Positions 1 through 26,977 are shown, numbered from the stretch's first letter. The stretch is DNA of 64,000 bases from Anolis carolinensis (GCF_035594765.1 NW_026943822.1:25302968-25366967), one strand, 5' to 3'. Notes: a model not told the origin generated them from the letters alone. Made by a program: numbers and translations.

Positions 1-454
1 CCAGCAAAACCAGAGCCACGCTTGAATACAAACTTGGAAAATGGACATCTCCATAACCCTTTCGGAGATTTTGCGATCTTTGTTAGAAGTTGCAACCTTT
101 CAAAAAATGATCGCAGCTCCCACAATTGGAGGGCCACAGTCAGCCCATGTGTGATATAAATCGTACAAGGCGCCTCTAGAATATTTTCATATTCAAAGAT
201 GGACCCAATCCTACACAGAGACTGGAGGCCCACCATGCTGGTAAAATAGGGCCGCGTCTCGTGGTGCGAAGCCGAAGCCAGCAAAGCTAACACCAGAACG
301 GATTTCCTCATCCGGAAGGCGCCAGGAGACATTGTGGTTGTTGTTGCTGTCCCTCTGGAAATCATTAGAGCAGTATTTGTCTCTTTGGGCAACACAAAGG
401 ATCCTTAAGGAGCAATGTTTGGTAATGTAATGGATAAAATCTGACACTGTGGTA

Positions 455-648
455 CAGGCATGGGCCAACTTTGGCCCTCCAGGTGTTTTGGACTTCGACT
501 CCCATCATTCCTAACAGCCTCAGGCCCCTTCCTTTTCCCCCTCAGCCGCTTAAGCGGCTGAGGGGGAAAAGGAAGGGGCCTGAGGCTGTTAGGAATGATG
601 GGAGTCGAAGTCCAAAACACCTGGAGGGCCAAAGTTGGCCCATGCCTG
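455..648. mobile_element. Palindromic hAT-type MITE
   Basis: Perfect 194-bp inverted repeat starting CAGGCATGGGC; 8-bp flanks CTGTGGTA / CTGTAGTA (7/8) fit a hAT target-site duplication. Confidence 0.85.
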
Positions 649-753
649 CTGTAGTAGCATCAACATGTGGCCCTGTAAAGAATAAACAAACTACTCTGTT
701 GCTTTTCAACCCACTCGCTCGACGGCATTCATTCGGAGAGACTAATGCCTCAC

Positions 754-1733
754 CTTCCTAACCGTTCTCGTTTGAACACTCGCCAGGACTCTGTTTCCCG
801 AATCGTAGACCGTCACTTTCACGTATGGATCGCTGCACAGAACAGGACAAGCATGTACATTAAACACCGTGGCTTCGGACAGATCAAAAAGACATTCTGG
901 TATCCGTATCAATCCGAGTTTGTGAAGTGAATGCATCAGTCCACCCATGACAAAAGAGGCTGACCAACCTAATACCTTATAGTTGGCCACCCCAATGCTG
1001 AACCCCTAGTCGTTATAATTTCACCCATTGATGGAGCATTTTGTTACTAGTTTTTAATTCTGTGGTTGTTTTGAATTGTACGTTTTGGGTATTTATGTTC
1101 ATTATTTGTTGTATTATTTATTTAAGTTGTTGTATAGTTTTCTTTCCTATGCTGGAAACCACCCTGAGTCCCCTGAGGAGCTAGGACAGTATATAAACAA
1201 TTATTATTATTATTATTATTATTATTATTGACACAACGACATAGTATGACACAGCAAACAAGATAGATTTGCTGGATTTAGTATCACAAAATCACAAGTC
1301 GAACACTTCCCAAATGTTTAGGACTGTGTGATGTATTTCCAAATGATGCGTCTAGATCCCAGTACGGTTATTATTATTTATTATTATTATTAAGGACGCC
1401 CCCCCCGGTGGCGCAGCATGTTAAAGGGCTGAGCTACTGAACTTGCGGACCAACAGGTTGCAGGTTCGAATCCGGAGAGTGGAGTGAGCACCCGCTGTAA
1501 GCCCCAGCTTCTGCCAACCTAGCAGTTCGAAAACATGCAAATATGGGTAGATCAATAGGTACCACTCCGATGGGAAGGTAACGGCACTCCATGCAGTCAT
1601 GCCACCCACGTGACCTTGGAGGTGTCTACGGACAACGCCGGCTCTTCAGCTTAGAAATGGGGATGAGCACCAACCCCCAGAGTCGGATAAGACTAGACTT
1701 AATGTCAGAGGAAACTTTTACCTTTACTTTATC

Positions 1734-1770
<37 letters not shown>

Positions 1771-4342
1771 TATTATTATTATTATTACATTGTTGTTTTG
1801 TTGTTGTTGTTGTATATTGCAATACAAAACCCCTGTTTCCAATAGGCTACTTTTTCTCAGTATGAAAGGATCAAGGAGAGAAACTCAACTGAGACATGAG
1901 GGCGATGTTAAGACCCTGCTCTCCCAAAACACAAACTTGAGCGCAAACACCAGATTTCTCCTGCTTTGCCTTTCAACATCCATGAACGCAAATGCTGGGA
2001 GCCAAATAAAGCTTCTACGCAGCCCCTTGGGAAGGCTCCAGCAAGTTTTCCAATCCTGGAATCAAAGCCACATTTGGCCTGAAGCGTCAAGAACATTGCA
2101 CAAAGAGTGCCTCCGAGAGTTTACCCCAAAACGTGAAAATATCCCTTACCTTGCTCCTAAGAGGTCCTTCTTGGCCAAGTCGATTCCGGCGATGATCTTC
2201 AGCCTCACGATCCGAGTCTGGTCCTGAAATCAAAGCAATTTGGCTTGTGGTTCGTGGTTGGCCAAGCTGCGGCCTCGGTCCTGCTGATTTAATTAAGGGC
2301 AGTCCCACCGCGAGGATGTGTGTGTTTGAGGGAATGCCCCAAAACTCTTGGAAGGAGGAGAAGGAGGGAGAGAAAGGGAAATGATGCATTCCCTAACATG
2401 CAAGTCGGGCATCTTTGGGGAAAACCAAGAGCCTGGGGGCTTATTACTCTATCAGGGTCGATCTAGAATTCAGATGAAAAACACACCCAGAGCATCCTGT
2501 GTAAAACTGCTTTTGAAGGGACTTCTGGCAATGGAGAGGCCGGTCTCAGGTCTCAGTCACTCCGTCTCCGGGGCATGAAAAGAGGCAGGAAGAGCGCCAG
2601 GGCCTTGTTGACAACAGAGAGGAGGGAACCCCCTTCGTCGTGAGGCCAAGAGAGGAGATAGAAGCCCAGGACAAAGTCCATCTGCAGCAAAGGCCAAGCA
2701 AGCACCAAGCCTCCTGGGCAGGCAAAATGCAGGCTCGCGAAGCCTTCTCTTGCTCTCACTCTGTGCAGCAGGCTCTAGGGAGGCACAGCTATTGCTCATC
2801 CCCAGAATGCACTCTCTTCCAGCCAGTCCCTCCCAAGGGGCCCCAGTTCCAGCAAGCCACGTGCCGCTACTTGGCAGCCCAAAGAGGCAGCCAAGGCCCT
2901 TGTCCTCATGGAGGGGGAACCGTTGACAGGCTCTCTTTCCTGGAGAAGGGCCAGGGAGAGGAAGAGGCCTGCAAGGAGGCAGCCACGCTCCACACAAGAG
3001 GCCAAAGCAACCAAACCAGGTGGGACCCAGAGCAGCAGGCAGGACATAGAACCACATGGGCCATCTAGTCCTACCCCCTGCCACGCAGGAAAAGCACAAT
3101 CAAAGCACCCCTGATAGATGACTGTAATTTGGAAGGTATTTTATATTGTTGTATTTTATTGTATATGTAAGCTGCCCCGAGTCCCCCGGGGAGATGGGGC
3201 AGGATACAAGAATAAAGTTGTTATTATTATTATTAAGGCTAAGATTAGTTTAAGGTTAGCTAGACCTTTACAGCAGAAGGGCCAGCTGGTTGATTGACAT
3301 CACCTGCGAGTTAATGAGTGGAGGCCAGGCAGAAATGGCTGCATCCCAAGGACCACATAAAACCAAAGTGATGCACACAATATATACAGAGATACCTGTG
3401 TTTCCCCCAAAATGAGGCACTTTTATATTTATTTTTTCTCAAGAATTAATTTCTTTATTTACTACATCTATATCCCGCCCTTCTCACCCCGAAGGGGACG
3501 AAGAGTGGCTTACAAATAATTTGTACATACAATAAATTATATTATTAGGATAGCACAATATTAGCATTACATATTGTACTATAGCACTATACTGTAATAT
3601 TATTAGCAATATTACATGTAAGATATAATATATAATTAATATATTATTGTATTAGTAGTATATTAATTACAACAATATTGATATTATATGTATATACAAT
3701 ATATTTTATTAGCATAGCACAATATAAGCATTATATATTACAATATTATACTATACCACTATGCTGTAATATTATTAGTAATATTGCATGTAATATATAA
3801 TATATAATTAATATTATTATACTGTATTATTATTAGAATTATATTGTATTACATTATAATATTATCAATATTATATGTATATGCAATGTATTATATTATT
3901 AGCATAACACAATATTATTATGTATTACTATATTGTACAGTGCCACTATGCTGCAATATTATTAGTAATATTACATGTAATAAATCATAATATACTATTA
4001 TACAATGATTCTCAGCATTGTATTAATTACAACATTATTATCACTAATATATATATATATACAATATATTATATTATTATATATTACTGTATGCTATATA
4101 CAGTATCACTTAAAACTTATAACAAAGAGCACTTTAGCTAGTCTATTACTCAACTTCGCTGTTTTTAATTCCGTGTTTTATTAAGTGTGTTTTTATATCA
4201 TAGGTTAGTGTTTAAATTTTATAATTGGTGTATGTTTTGTTTACTGATGTATTGTTTACTGTCACTGTTTTTATCTGATATTATCTGTGAGCCGCCCCAA
4301 GTCCCCTTCGGGGGAGATGGAGGCGGGGTATAAATAAAATTA

Positions 4343-4373
<31 letters not shown>

Positions 4374-5046
4374 TATTATTATTACAGTAGAGTCTCACTT
4401 ATCCAACACTCGCTTATCCAACATTGTGGATTATCCAACGCATTTTTGTAGTCAGTGTTTTCAATACATTGTGATATTTTCGTGCTAAATTAGTAAATAC
4501 AGTAATTACAACATAACATTACTGTATATTGAACTACTTTTCTGTCAAATGTGTTGTGTGACATGATGTTTTGATGCTTAATTTGTAAAATCATAACCTA
4601 TTTTGATGTTTACTAGGCTTTTCCTTAATCCCTCCTTATTATCCAACATATTCGCTTATCCAACATTCTGCCGGCCCGTTTATGTTGGATAAGTGAGACT
4701 CTACTGTATTATTATTATATCATACTATCAGCATAGCATGTTACTGGGGAGAAGGGCCACTATGGCTTATCTTCAGGGGCTGTCTCCTTCTATAGGAATT
4801 GTGGGAACTGTAGTCCAAACACCCGGGGGGAGGGCCCAAGTTGGCCCATGCCTGAGCTCACAGTGGTTCTCATCCTGTGGTGTTTTGGCCTACAACTCCC
4901 AGAAACCCCAGCGGTTAGGAATTGTGGGAGCTGAAGTCCCAAACACCTGGAGGCCCAAAGGAGGCCGAAAAGACGCAAAGGCTCACCTCAGCGGCGTCCC
5001 CTCCCTCCACCGGCAGTCCCAGCACCTTCCCCGGCGAGGCGGACAT
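754..5046 (-). CDS. NEDD4: E3 ubiquitin ligase NEDD4, first three coding exons (N-terminal part of C2 domain); gene continues off the left edge
   Basis: Exons 4987-5046 (MSASPGKVLGLPVEGGDAAE), 2150-2223 (DQTRIVRLKIIAGIDLAKKDLLGAS), 754-832 (DPYVKVTVYDSGNRVLASVQTRTVRK); all GT-AG with compatible phases; matches recalled NEDD4 C2 motif [26 protein letters not shown]; synteny with RFX7 favours NEDD4 over NEDD4L. Confidence 0.93.
1200..1365 (-). mobile_element. 3' end of a Dong/R4-clade LINE inserted in (TAA)n
   Basis: Minus strand reads LGSRRIIWKYITQS* (resembles restriction-like endonuclease C-terminus), short UTR, then (TAA)n; TAA repeats on both sides; family assignment from recall. Confidence 0.6.
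1394..1731 (+). mobile_element. Sauria SINE
   Basis: tRNA-like head (GGTGGCGCAG ... GGTTCGAATCC box B), conserved body, (ACCTTT)n-type tail. Confidence 0.85.
4385..4706. mobile_element. Tc1/mariner-type MITE (~320 bp)
   Basis: TIR CAGTAGAGTCTCACTTATCCAA ... TTGGATAAGTGAGACTCTACTG flanked by TA on both sides; no ORF. Confidence 0.85.
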
Positions 5047-5420
5047 CTCTCCCGGAGTTCCTTCCTCTTCGGCGTCTCGGAGCGACTGACAGGAGGCGCG
5101 CTGAGGGAGACGCGGTGGGAGGAGCCTCCTCGGTCACAGCAGCCAATCGCGTTCCCGGTACCGCCCCCAGCACCGCGCGCGATTGGTTCCCCTCTCTCGC
5201 CCCGCCCACAACAAAACCAAGCAGTTCCAAACAGAAAGGCCCGCTCTCGACACGACGCCTGATTGGCTCCTCTCTCAGCCCCGCCTCCTGTTCCCGCCCT
5301 CTTTTGGGAGGAAAAGCAAAACAAATCGCAGCAAGAGCCCCGCCCCCTTGGCTATGCAGGCGACAGCAGGGGCGTGGCTTCGGCTAGGAGGGGCGTGGCC
5401 AACTTCTCAATGCGGAAGTC
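5047..5420 (-). promoter_or_regulatory. NEDD4 CpG-rich 5'UTR/promoter
   Basis: CpG-dense stretch upstream of ATG with CCAAT boxes (5143, 5182, 5262) and several GC boxes (CCCGCC, GGGGCGTGGC). Confidence 0.7.
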
Positions 5421-5426
5421 GCTATC

Positions 5427-5560
5427 CAGGCATGGGCAAACTTGAGCCCTCCAGGTGTTTTGGACTCCAACTCCCACAATTCCTAACAGCCTACCGGCTG
5501 TTAGGAATTGTGGGAGTTGGAGTCCAAAACACCTGGAGGGCCCAAGTTTGCCCATGCCTG
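5427..5560. mobile_element. Palindromic hAT-type MITE
   Basis: CAGGCATGGGC...GCCCATGCCTG, near-perfect arms, same family as 455-648. Confidence 0.8.
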
Positions 5561-6270
5561 CACAATGTGTGTGTGTATCAGAATATATTGGAAATAATAT
5601 TATATATTTGTTTAGAGATACAGTACATATAATCATCAGGTTTTAGTTGGGCTGTGTAATAGCAGTCATAATAGTCACCATAAATTGTAATAAACAATAG
5701 TAAAAGTAGCAAATGGTAATAAAATAATAATAATCATCATAAATAGTACTAAAGAATATTAAAAATTCTAAATAGTACTAAAGAATATTAAACAGTAACA
5801 AATAATAGTAATAACAAGTAGGATTAGATAGTAGTAATAACAATAGTAATAATGAGTAGTAAGAGTAAAATATAATACAATATCATACTAATAATATAAT
5901 ATATTAATTATATATTATATATTACATGTAATATTAATAATATTACAATATATAGATATAGTACAATATGGTAATTTATTGCCAGTATTGTGCTATGCTA
6001 ATAATATAATATTGTATGAAAATTTAATTTGTAAGCCGCTCTGTGTCCCCTTCGGGGTGAGAAGGGCGGGATATAAATGTATTAATTAAATAAATAAATA
6101 AATAAATAGTAAATAATGCTATCATCAATAAATAATAAAAATAGCAACAAATAGTGATAGCAATAATGGATAGTAATAAATAGTAACAGCAATAATTAGC
6201 AATAACAGAGTAATAATTAGTAATAATGAATAGCAATATTTAGTAATAGTAAAAATAGTAATAACAAGTA

Positions 6271-6572
6271 TAGTAGAGTCTCACTTATCCAAGCTTCTGG
6301 ATTATCCAAGGCATTTTTGTAGTCAATGTTTTCAATATATCGTGATATTTTGGTGCTAAATTCGTAAATACAGTAATTGCAACATAACATGACTGCGTAT
6401 TGAACTACTTTTTCTGTCAAACTTGTTGTATAACATGTTTGGGTGCTTAATTTGTAAAATCATAACCTAATTTGATGTTTAATAGGCTTTTCCTTAATCC
6501 CTTATTATCCAAGATATTCTCTTATCCGAGGTTCTGCCGGCCCGTTTAACTTGGATAAGTGAGACTCTACTG
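6271..6572. mobile_element. Tc1/mariner-type MITE
   Basis: Same TIRs and internal sequence. Confidence 0.82.
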
Positions 6573-6665
6573 TAGTAGTAACTGTGCTCATTCCACGAAA
6601 ATACCCCAAATATCCGAGGCCCTTGGGAAGAGCCCAATATTCAGAGACGAATCCCAGACCCTTGG

Positions 6666-6827
6666 ACCTATTGATCTACACACATTTGCATCTTTTCGAA
6701 CTGCTAGGTTGGCAGAAGCTGGGGCTAACAGCAGGAGCTCTCCCCACTCCCAGATTCGAACAGGCAACTTTTTGGTCGGCAAGTTCAGAAGCTCAGCGGT
6801 TTCATCCGCTGCGCCACCAGGGGCTCC
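6666..6827 (-). mobile_element. Sauria SINE, 5' half
   Basis: Reverse complement of 1394-1560 region. Confidence 0.75.
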
Positions 6828-6999
6828 CTGCTTTGTTGTTATGTTCATGTAAATGTAATATGAATGCTATTGCATGTTATTAATAGTAATATTTGGGGGT
6901 TGTTTGCACCCTCTCCTGCGGCCCCTGCTCCCTTCACCGGGACCCCCTCCCAACGCAACTGCAAACATGGTGCCCATTCAATGAACGGCTTCTCAGGCC

Positions 7000-9900
7000 C
7001 AGTTTAATATAAAATGTTTTTTTTTAATTGTTTCTGAAAACATTAAAAAAAAGTTTGCGCACTTTCAATAAAAAAAACCAACTGAAATGCTACTGCAATA
7101 CCCCACGACTGTCATTTCAGCAGTACAACAGACAACATAACACGGGGAGAGTCGGACTGTGCATCGGTGGGGGGGAGGGGGCGGGGCTTCTTTTAAAGGG
7201 GCGGTCCTCCTTTCCTCAGAGTAGTAGTACAAGACTTCATCGGAACGTCAGGTGCATCATCATCATCATTATCATCATCATCATCACACGGGAAACGGTT
7301 TCCTTCCTCTTTCTTTTTTTGTCCAGTTCAAAAGTCAGTGCTTATTGCAAGGATTTGCAAATTTGTTTACTTGGCGGATTCTCCTGAAAAACAAAAGCCG
7401 TGTTTCCTTTTTCGCTCTCCCGACACAAGAGAGAGAGGAAATCAATCCGAGAATCGGAACGCGTCGAACAATTAACAAAGCAGAAGTCGTAAACACTTGT
7501 TGGCTTTTCTGAAATAAAGATGTAACGAACTCAGTGCTTTGGCTCTGCTTTCACGGTCCAACCCGCACAGAACCAGGGCCGGAAACAAAGGAGAAAGGAA
7601 AAGGAGGAAAGAGGAAGAAGGGAAGGAGAGGAAGAGGGGCCTACGCAGCACTGTACAAGGTGGTCAGGGGTCCGAGGAGGGGCCCATGCAGGTCAAGGAG
7701 GGGTCGGGGTCACACGGTGAGGCAAACAAAACACCTTTTTTTCCTGCTGTAATATTCTCAGGTAAGAGAACAAGAAATAGAACCATCTCATTGAGATAAA
7801 TGCACGTTGCTACATAAGGCAAGGCCGGCGCGCTCGCCTTTTTCTCGTCGTCTTAAGAACAAAACACGTTTCGGAAACGTCCTCTTTTCCTTTCTTTTTG
7901 AAATGTCTTTCCCCCCTCGGAGGGGTGGCCTTTCGGTCCGACAGTCGCAACAGGAGCACAGTGCAAAAGGCCGGGGTGCTCTCTTCCCCCCAAATGAGCC
8001 CAACTCCCCACCCACAAAGGAAGCCAAGGATGTAAACTGGGGGGGGGGTAGGGGTGGGGGAGTCCCATGGGTGGGTGGTCACAGCCAAGGCCCGGGAAGT
8101 GGGTTCTGCCCCTCCTGAGGCCCAGCACGGCCTGCAAAGCATTGCATACACAAGGAAGAGCTGGGAGCACTGGGATCCTGCTGGGAAGGCCCCAAGAGAC
8201 CCCCCCCCCCCCAAAAAAAAGCACCAGGAGATTCCCAGGGAAGAAGGTGCCTCTGCTTCCCACACCCACACATGTTGCTAGTCTCAAAGGAGAGTCTCTT
8301 CTGCCCCCAGGGCTAAGGCTGTGTTTGGAAAGAGGCTTCGGCTTTTGCAACTGACCAAATGAGGCCCCGGACAAGGCCGGCCACGCTCTCAAGTGAGAGG
8401 ATGAGCCTCAGCTGTCTCCCACTCACTCACTCACTCTCGGCTGCCCCAAACCCAAGGGCTCTCCCCAGGTTTGCTCTCTAGGGCTCCCGGAGGAAGAGGC
8501 TCCTCCGCCAGCATCCTTATAAAGCGCTCAAGGCCCAGGGCCGGGGTGATGGGATTCTAGCACCGTAAATGGAAGGAAGTGGGAGAACCTGGCAGGAAAC
8601 CCTTTCACTGTTTCTTCCGTTTCCTGGGACTCTCCTGCTGGGCGGCCCACTGGCGACCATGGCACCAAGAGCGTTACAAAGGGCAGCCCGGCAGCCCTTA
8701 ATGAGCCCCTCCCTGCTCTCTGCGCTGGCTCTCCTGCCTTTGCAGCGGCCAAAGGCTACAGCAATATGGCCAAGGGGCTGCCCGCTAGAGAGAGGTGGGC
8801 GTTGGAGGGCCAAGAAGACCCCGGCACATCGACCCTTCTGCACACATTAAGGCTCTGGGTGGTTGACCTTGAGTCTGCGGCTTCTTCCCTGTGCTATTCT
8901 TTCCGAAGGCAGCCAAGGGCACAAGCCCCCTGGCAATGGGCAGGAGACGGCAAAAGGAGGCACGGGCAGGGCCAGAGCAGCCTGCAGGTTGAGTCCCCAG
9001 GAGGAGGAGGAGGAGTCGTAGGGAGGGAAAGCTGGCTCTAGGGCAAAGCACTACCCGCTGCACTTCTGCCCCAAACACTCACAAGAGCAGAGGGTCAGGG
9101 AAAACCTCGGCCCTGTCTCCCCCTCAATCTGACTCTGACCAGTCATTGAAAAACCAGGCATCCCTCCACTCCCGCAATCGCTTCAGGGATGGTCATGCGG
9201 CGGAGCGTAACGCACACAGGGCACGGAAAGCCCCAGGGCATGGAACTCTTTCTCTCCAATCTGAGATAGAAAAGCAACCTTTAAAAGTCAAGAACAACGG
9301 GAAATGCTCCTAAGATGAGCGGGCGGAGGCAGGCACCGCCCAAGGAGGCCGAGGGGTTCCTCCGTGGCGCCCCACCTGCCTGCCGCTCCTCCTCCTGCCC
9401 CGACTGCCTCCCTCCCCTTTGCTAGCCCTTGGTTGGTTGTGAGTTTCAAAATGTATTGGTGTCTCAGGGAGCTCCGCCACCTCTACCGCACAACGGAGCC
9501 ACGGCGGAGCACAAAGCCTTCCCAACAGGATCCCTGAAGCGCCAAAGCAGCGGCCACAGCGGGACCCCAGAAACCTCTCGGGAGCCTCTCCTTGTGCCTG
9601 GCCCCACTATCACGTGTCCATGTGCGCTTCCTGGGATCTCTCCATTTCATTTCTTTTCTACCTGCATCACAGGTTCACCAACGCAAGCGAGAGGCCTCCG
9701 TGCCCACCTCAGTGTGGACGGCACTCTCCCCTTCAACAACAAACACTGGGAGGAAGCCGACCTCCGTCCGTTCGGAAGAGGGCCCGCCCACGTCCAGCCA
9801 CCGCAGCGTCAGTGGCTCTGTGCCCTTTCGTGCGCAGTTTAGGCTTGCTAAACTGAGACAGTCCTCTCGCTGTCCACGTCTTCCTTCTTTTTTTCCTCCC

Positions 9901-10223
9901 TCGTCCTTTTTGCTACAATAAGAAAAGCTCTTCCGTAAGTTCAATTCTTAATACCTAATACTGGCTCTGGATCAAGCTGTATCCTTCAGAAACGGTGAGG
10001 ATCGTATCTATTCCCTGCTGAAGAATGAAGCAGCTGGTAGAGCAACGTTATGTTTTTGTTTTTTTCTTTCCCCCCAAATGCCACAATGGAGTCATAGTCA
10101 GTGTTTTCTGCTGCAGGAGGCACTTCCATTAAGACAAATACAATACGCCTGCCTTTGAGATACAGTGTGCTACATACATGTTTTATAGATCCCTCTTTCC
10201 CGCCTGTGCGGGGCTCTCCCTGG
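7000..10223 (-). other. Probable long RFX7 3'UTR (~3.2 kb)
   Basis: Transposon-free sequence downstream of the stop, becoming U-rich on the minus strand and ending near ATTAAA hexamers (7003-7008, 7023-7028); extent is inferred. Confidence 0.5.
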
Positions 10224-23856
<13,633 letters not shown>

Positions 23857-24165
23857 CCTCGCCGTGCAGGCAGGGAGGGAACCAGGGAGGGCCGCCTCCC
23901 CGCTAGGCCCGCCCGGGCCCGGGATCGCTCGCCCTCCGCGCCCTCGCCGCCTGGCCACCCGGATGGAGCGCCTGCCTCCGCCGCCGCTGCCGTGAGGGGC
24001 GCATCCCCGGAGGAGGGGGAGGAGCCTCTGCGGGGGAAGGGGAGGAGCCTGCGTCGGGGAAGGGGAGGAGCCCCCCGGGAGGCGGGACCCTCCTGGCCGA
24101 GCCCTGGGCGCCCATTGGCGGGCGCCTCGTGACGTCACCGCCACCCTCTCTTCTCTTGTGCAAAA
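23857..24165 (-). promoter_or_regulatory. RFX7 CpG island 5'UTR/promoter
   Basis: CpG-dense; perfect CRE TGACGTCA at 24130-24137 and CCAAT box (ATTGG 24114-24118). Confidence 0.7.
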
Positions 24166-24307
24166 CAGGCCTGGGCCAACTTGGGCCTTCCCTCCGGGGG
24201 TTTGGGACTCCAACTCCCACAATTCCTAACAGCCGGCAGGCTGTTAGGAATTGTGGGAGTTGGAGTCCCAAACCCCCGGAGGGAAGGCCCAAGTTGGCCC
24301 AGGCCTG
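24166..24307. mobile_element. Palindromic hAT-type MITE at RFX7 promoter edge
   Basis: CAGGCCTGGGC...GCCCAGGCCTG with perfect arms around a 4-nt loop. Confidence 0.8.
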
Positions 24308-24943
24308 GGATAGGTAGAATCATGACAGATGGCCATCCAGCCCCTGCTTAGTAATAATGGATTCGCAAGGGAACCCCAAAGGGCATCTAGTCCAGCCCCG
24401 CTTCTGCCTTCATGCAGGAAAGGCACCATCCAAGCCCTCCCGACAGAGGCCCATCCAACTCATGCTTAGCAACAATCATAATAATGATAATTATATCGAC
24501 TACATAGAGTTGGGAGAGCTATCCAGGCCGGCCCCCTTCTGCCATTCAGGAAAGGCACCATCCAAGCCCTCCTGACAGATGGCCATTCCCAAAGGAAGCA
24601 TTATCCCTCATCCACGGTCCAGGCTTTTCTCTCAGGAATGGCTGCCATTTTATTTATTTTCTGAAGGAAGAGAAATTAGGGTTTTTTTTCCCTCACACTA
24701 TTCTGACATTTTAAATATATTATTATTATTATTATTTCCCATTTTTTCTCTCCAAAAAGAGAGACCCAAAGCGGCTGACGGAAGAACCGACACAACGCCA
24801 TTTAAAAAGCTCAAAAACATACAAATGTAAAAATAAAATGTAATATTAGCGGTATTAAAAAATATACATTCCCTTTGTATTTTAATCCTCCCACTATGTA
24901 TTTATAATATACACCCAGTGTTTTAATGTATATTATATTAATA

Positions 24944-25267
24944 CAGTAGAGTTTCACTTATCCAACATAAATGGGCCCGGCAGAACGTTGGATAAGCAAA
25001 TATGTTGGATAATAAGGAGAGATGAAGGAGAAGCCTATTAAACATCAAATTAGGTTATGATTTTACAAATTAAGCACCAAAACATCATGTTAGACAACAA
25101 ATTTGACAGAAAAAGTAGTTCAATATGCAGTAATGCTAAGTAGTAATTACTATATTTATTAATTTAGCACCCAAAAATCATGATATATTGAAAACATTTA
25201 CTACAAAAATGCATTGGATAATCCAGAACACTGGATAAGCGAGTGTTGGATAAGTGAGACTCTACTG
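24944..25267. mobile_element. Tc1/mariner-type MITE
   Basis: Same TIRs, TA flanks. Confidence 0.82.
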
Positions 25268-25325
25268 TATTTATTTTGAGATGCTGTCACGTTGTTATCT
25301 GCCATCAAAATGTCCGCCATTTATG

Positions 25326-25965
25326 GTGAACAAAATGGCGGCCCAAGGAGAGAAGGGATGCGGCCTAGTCACAAAACGCCCGCCACGGGGCTCCTGTCAT
25401 GGCGTCTAGTCCCAAATGGGACAACTGGGCCCAGTCTTTCCTGACACACAATCGTTTCCCATCCACCAAGATGAGGGTGGATTTAGGAACAAGAAACGGT
25501 CCCTTCGAATCCACAGAGAATGGGGGAATCAAGGGAGAGATTCTGGGGCAGAGGAAAGGCACGGCCAAGGCCTCCCGCCATTTTCTTTCTCGGAGGTACC
25601 AAGAAGAAAATACTGAGGTGAACAAAATGGCGGCCCAAGGAAAGAAGGGATGCGGCCTAGTCACCAAGCCTCCCCACGGGGCTCCTGTCATGGCGTCTAG
25701 TCCCAAACGAGGCCACTGGGCCCAGTCTTTCCTGACACACAGTCCCTTCCCGTCCGCCATGAAGAGGGTGGATTTAGGAACAAGAAACGGTCCCTTCGAG
25801 AAGGGGGTGGATTGAGGGAGAGCCAAGGCCTCCCGCCATTTTTTTCTCTCTGAGGTACCAAGAAAGGAACGCTGAGGTGAACAAAATGGCGGCCAAAGGA
25901 GAGAAGGGATGCGGCCTAGTCACAAAATGCCCCCCTCGGGGCTCCTGTCACGGCACCTAGTCCTG
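25326..25965. repeat. Tandem repeat, 260-290-bp unit x ~2.3, YY1-motif rich
   Basis: GGTGAACAAAATGGCGGCC at ~25326, ~25617, ~25877. Confidence 0.85.
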
Positions 25966-26977
25966 AAGGAAGGCTGTCCTCGTCCTGCCACATTCCTTCC
26001 TTGTCCATTGGCCATCTTGGCCAGAGACCATACTGCCTGGACAGCATTGGCAAAATGGCCGCCCGTCCGCCATGATGGCATCCCTATTGGTTTCCTTCCA
26101 AAGAAGAACCTTTGGGCCTCCCTGGTTCTTCTACAAACCACCTGTTGATACGTGTTACGGAAAATCATAATAATACTTAATATTGTAAATACATATAATA
26201 TTATAACATATATTGTATATGCATATAATATTAATATTATTTTGTAATACAATACTAATAATACAATAGAATAATAATAATTATATATTATATATTAAAT
26301 GTAATATTACTAATAATATTACAATATATTTATATAGTACAATATAGTAATTTATTGCCAGTATTGTGCTATGCTAATAATATAATGTTTGTAAATTTAA
26401 TTTGTAAGCCGCTCTGAGTCCCCTTCGGGGTGAGAAGGGCGGGATATAAATGTACTAAACAAATAAATAAATAAATATACTATTGTTAATATATTATACA
26501 ATAATAATAAACAATAATATACTGAGACTGAAGGGAAATAATATTGTTAATGTAAGATAGTATTAATATTGTTGATATATTATATTAATGATAAATATAT
26601 TCAGAAACTGAAGGAAACTCATAATAATAGTCTTAATATACTGTTGATAATATATTATATAATAATAATGATAAATATATTCAGAAACTGAAAGAAACTA
26701 ATAATAATAAATAGTCTTAATATACTGTTGATAATATATTATATAATAATAATATTTTGAGACAGGAGGGAAATAATAATGAATATTGTTAATATAGTAT
26801 TGTTAATCTAATAGTGTTGATCTAATAATAATAATAATAGATAACTATTATATTCTGAGGCTAAAGAGAAATTGTTAATATATTAATATATTGTTGATCT
26901 ATTATATTAATAATAAACCATTATTATAACCACAGGCTGAAGGGAAATAATATTGTCAATAAATTGTTAATATAATA

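Noticed and set aside
405-761. Two ORFs on opposite strands with identical N-termini
   Set aside because: Consequence of the perfect palindromic MITE, not a gene pair
1394-1480. tRNA-like box A/box B
   Set aside because: Head of a Sauria SINE; no cloverleaf
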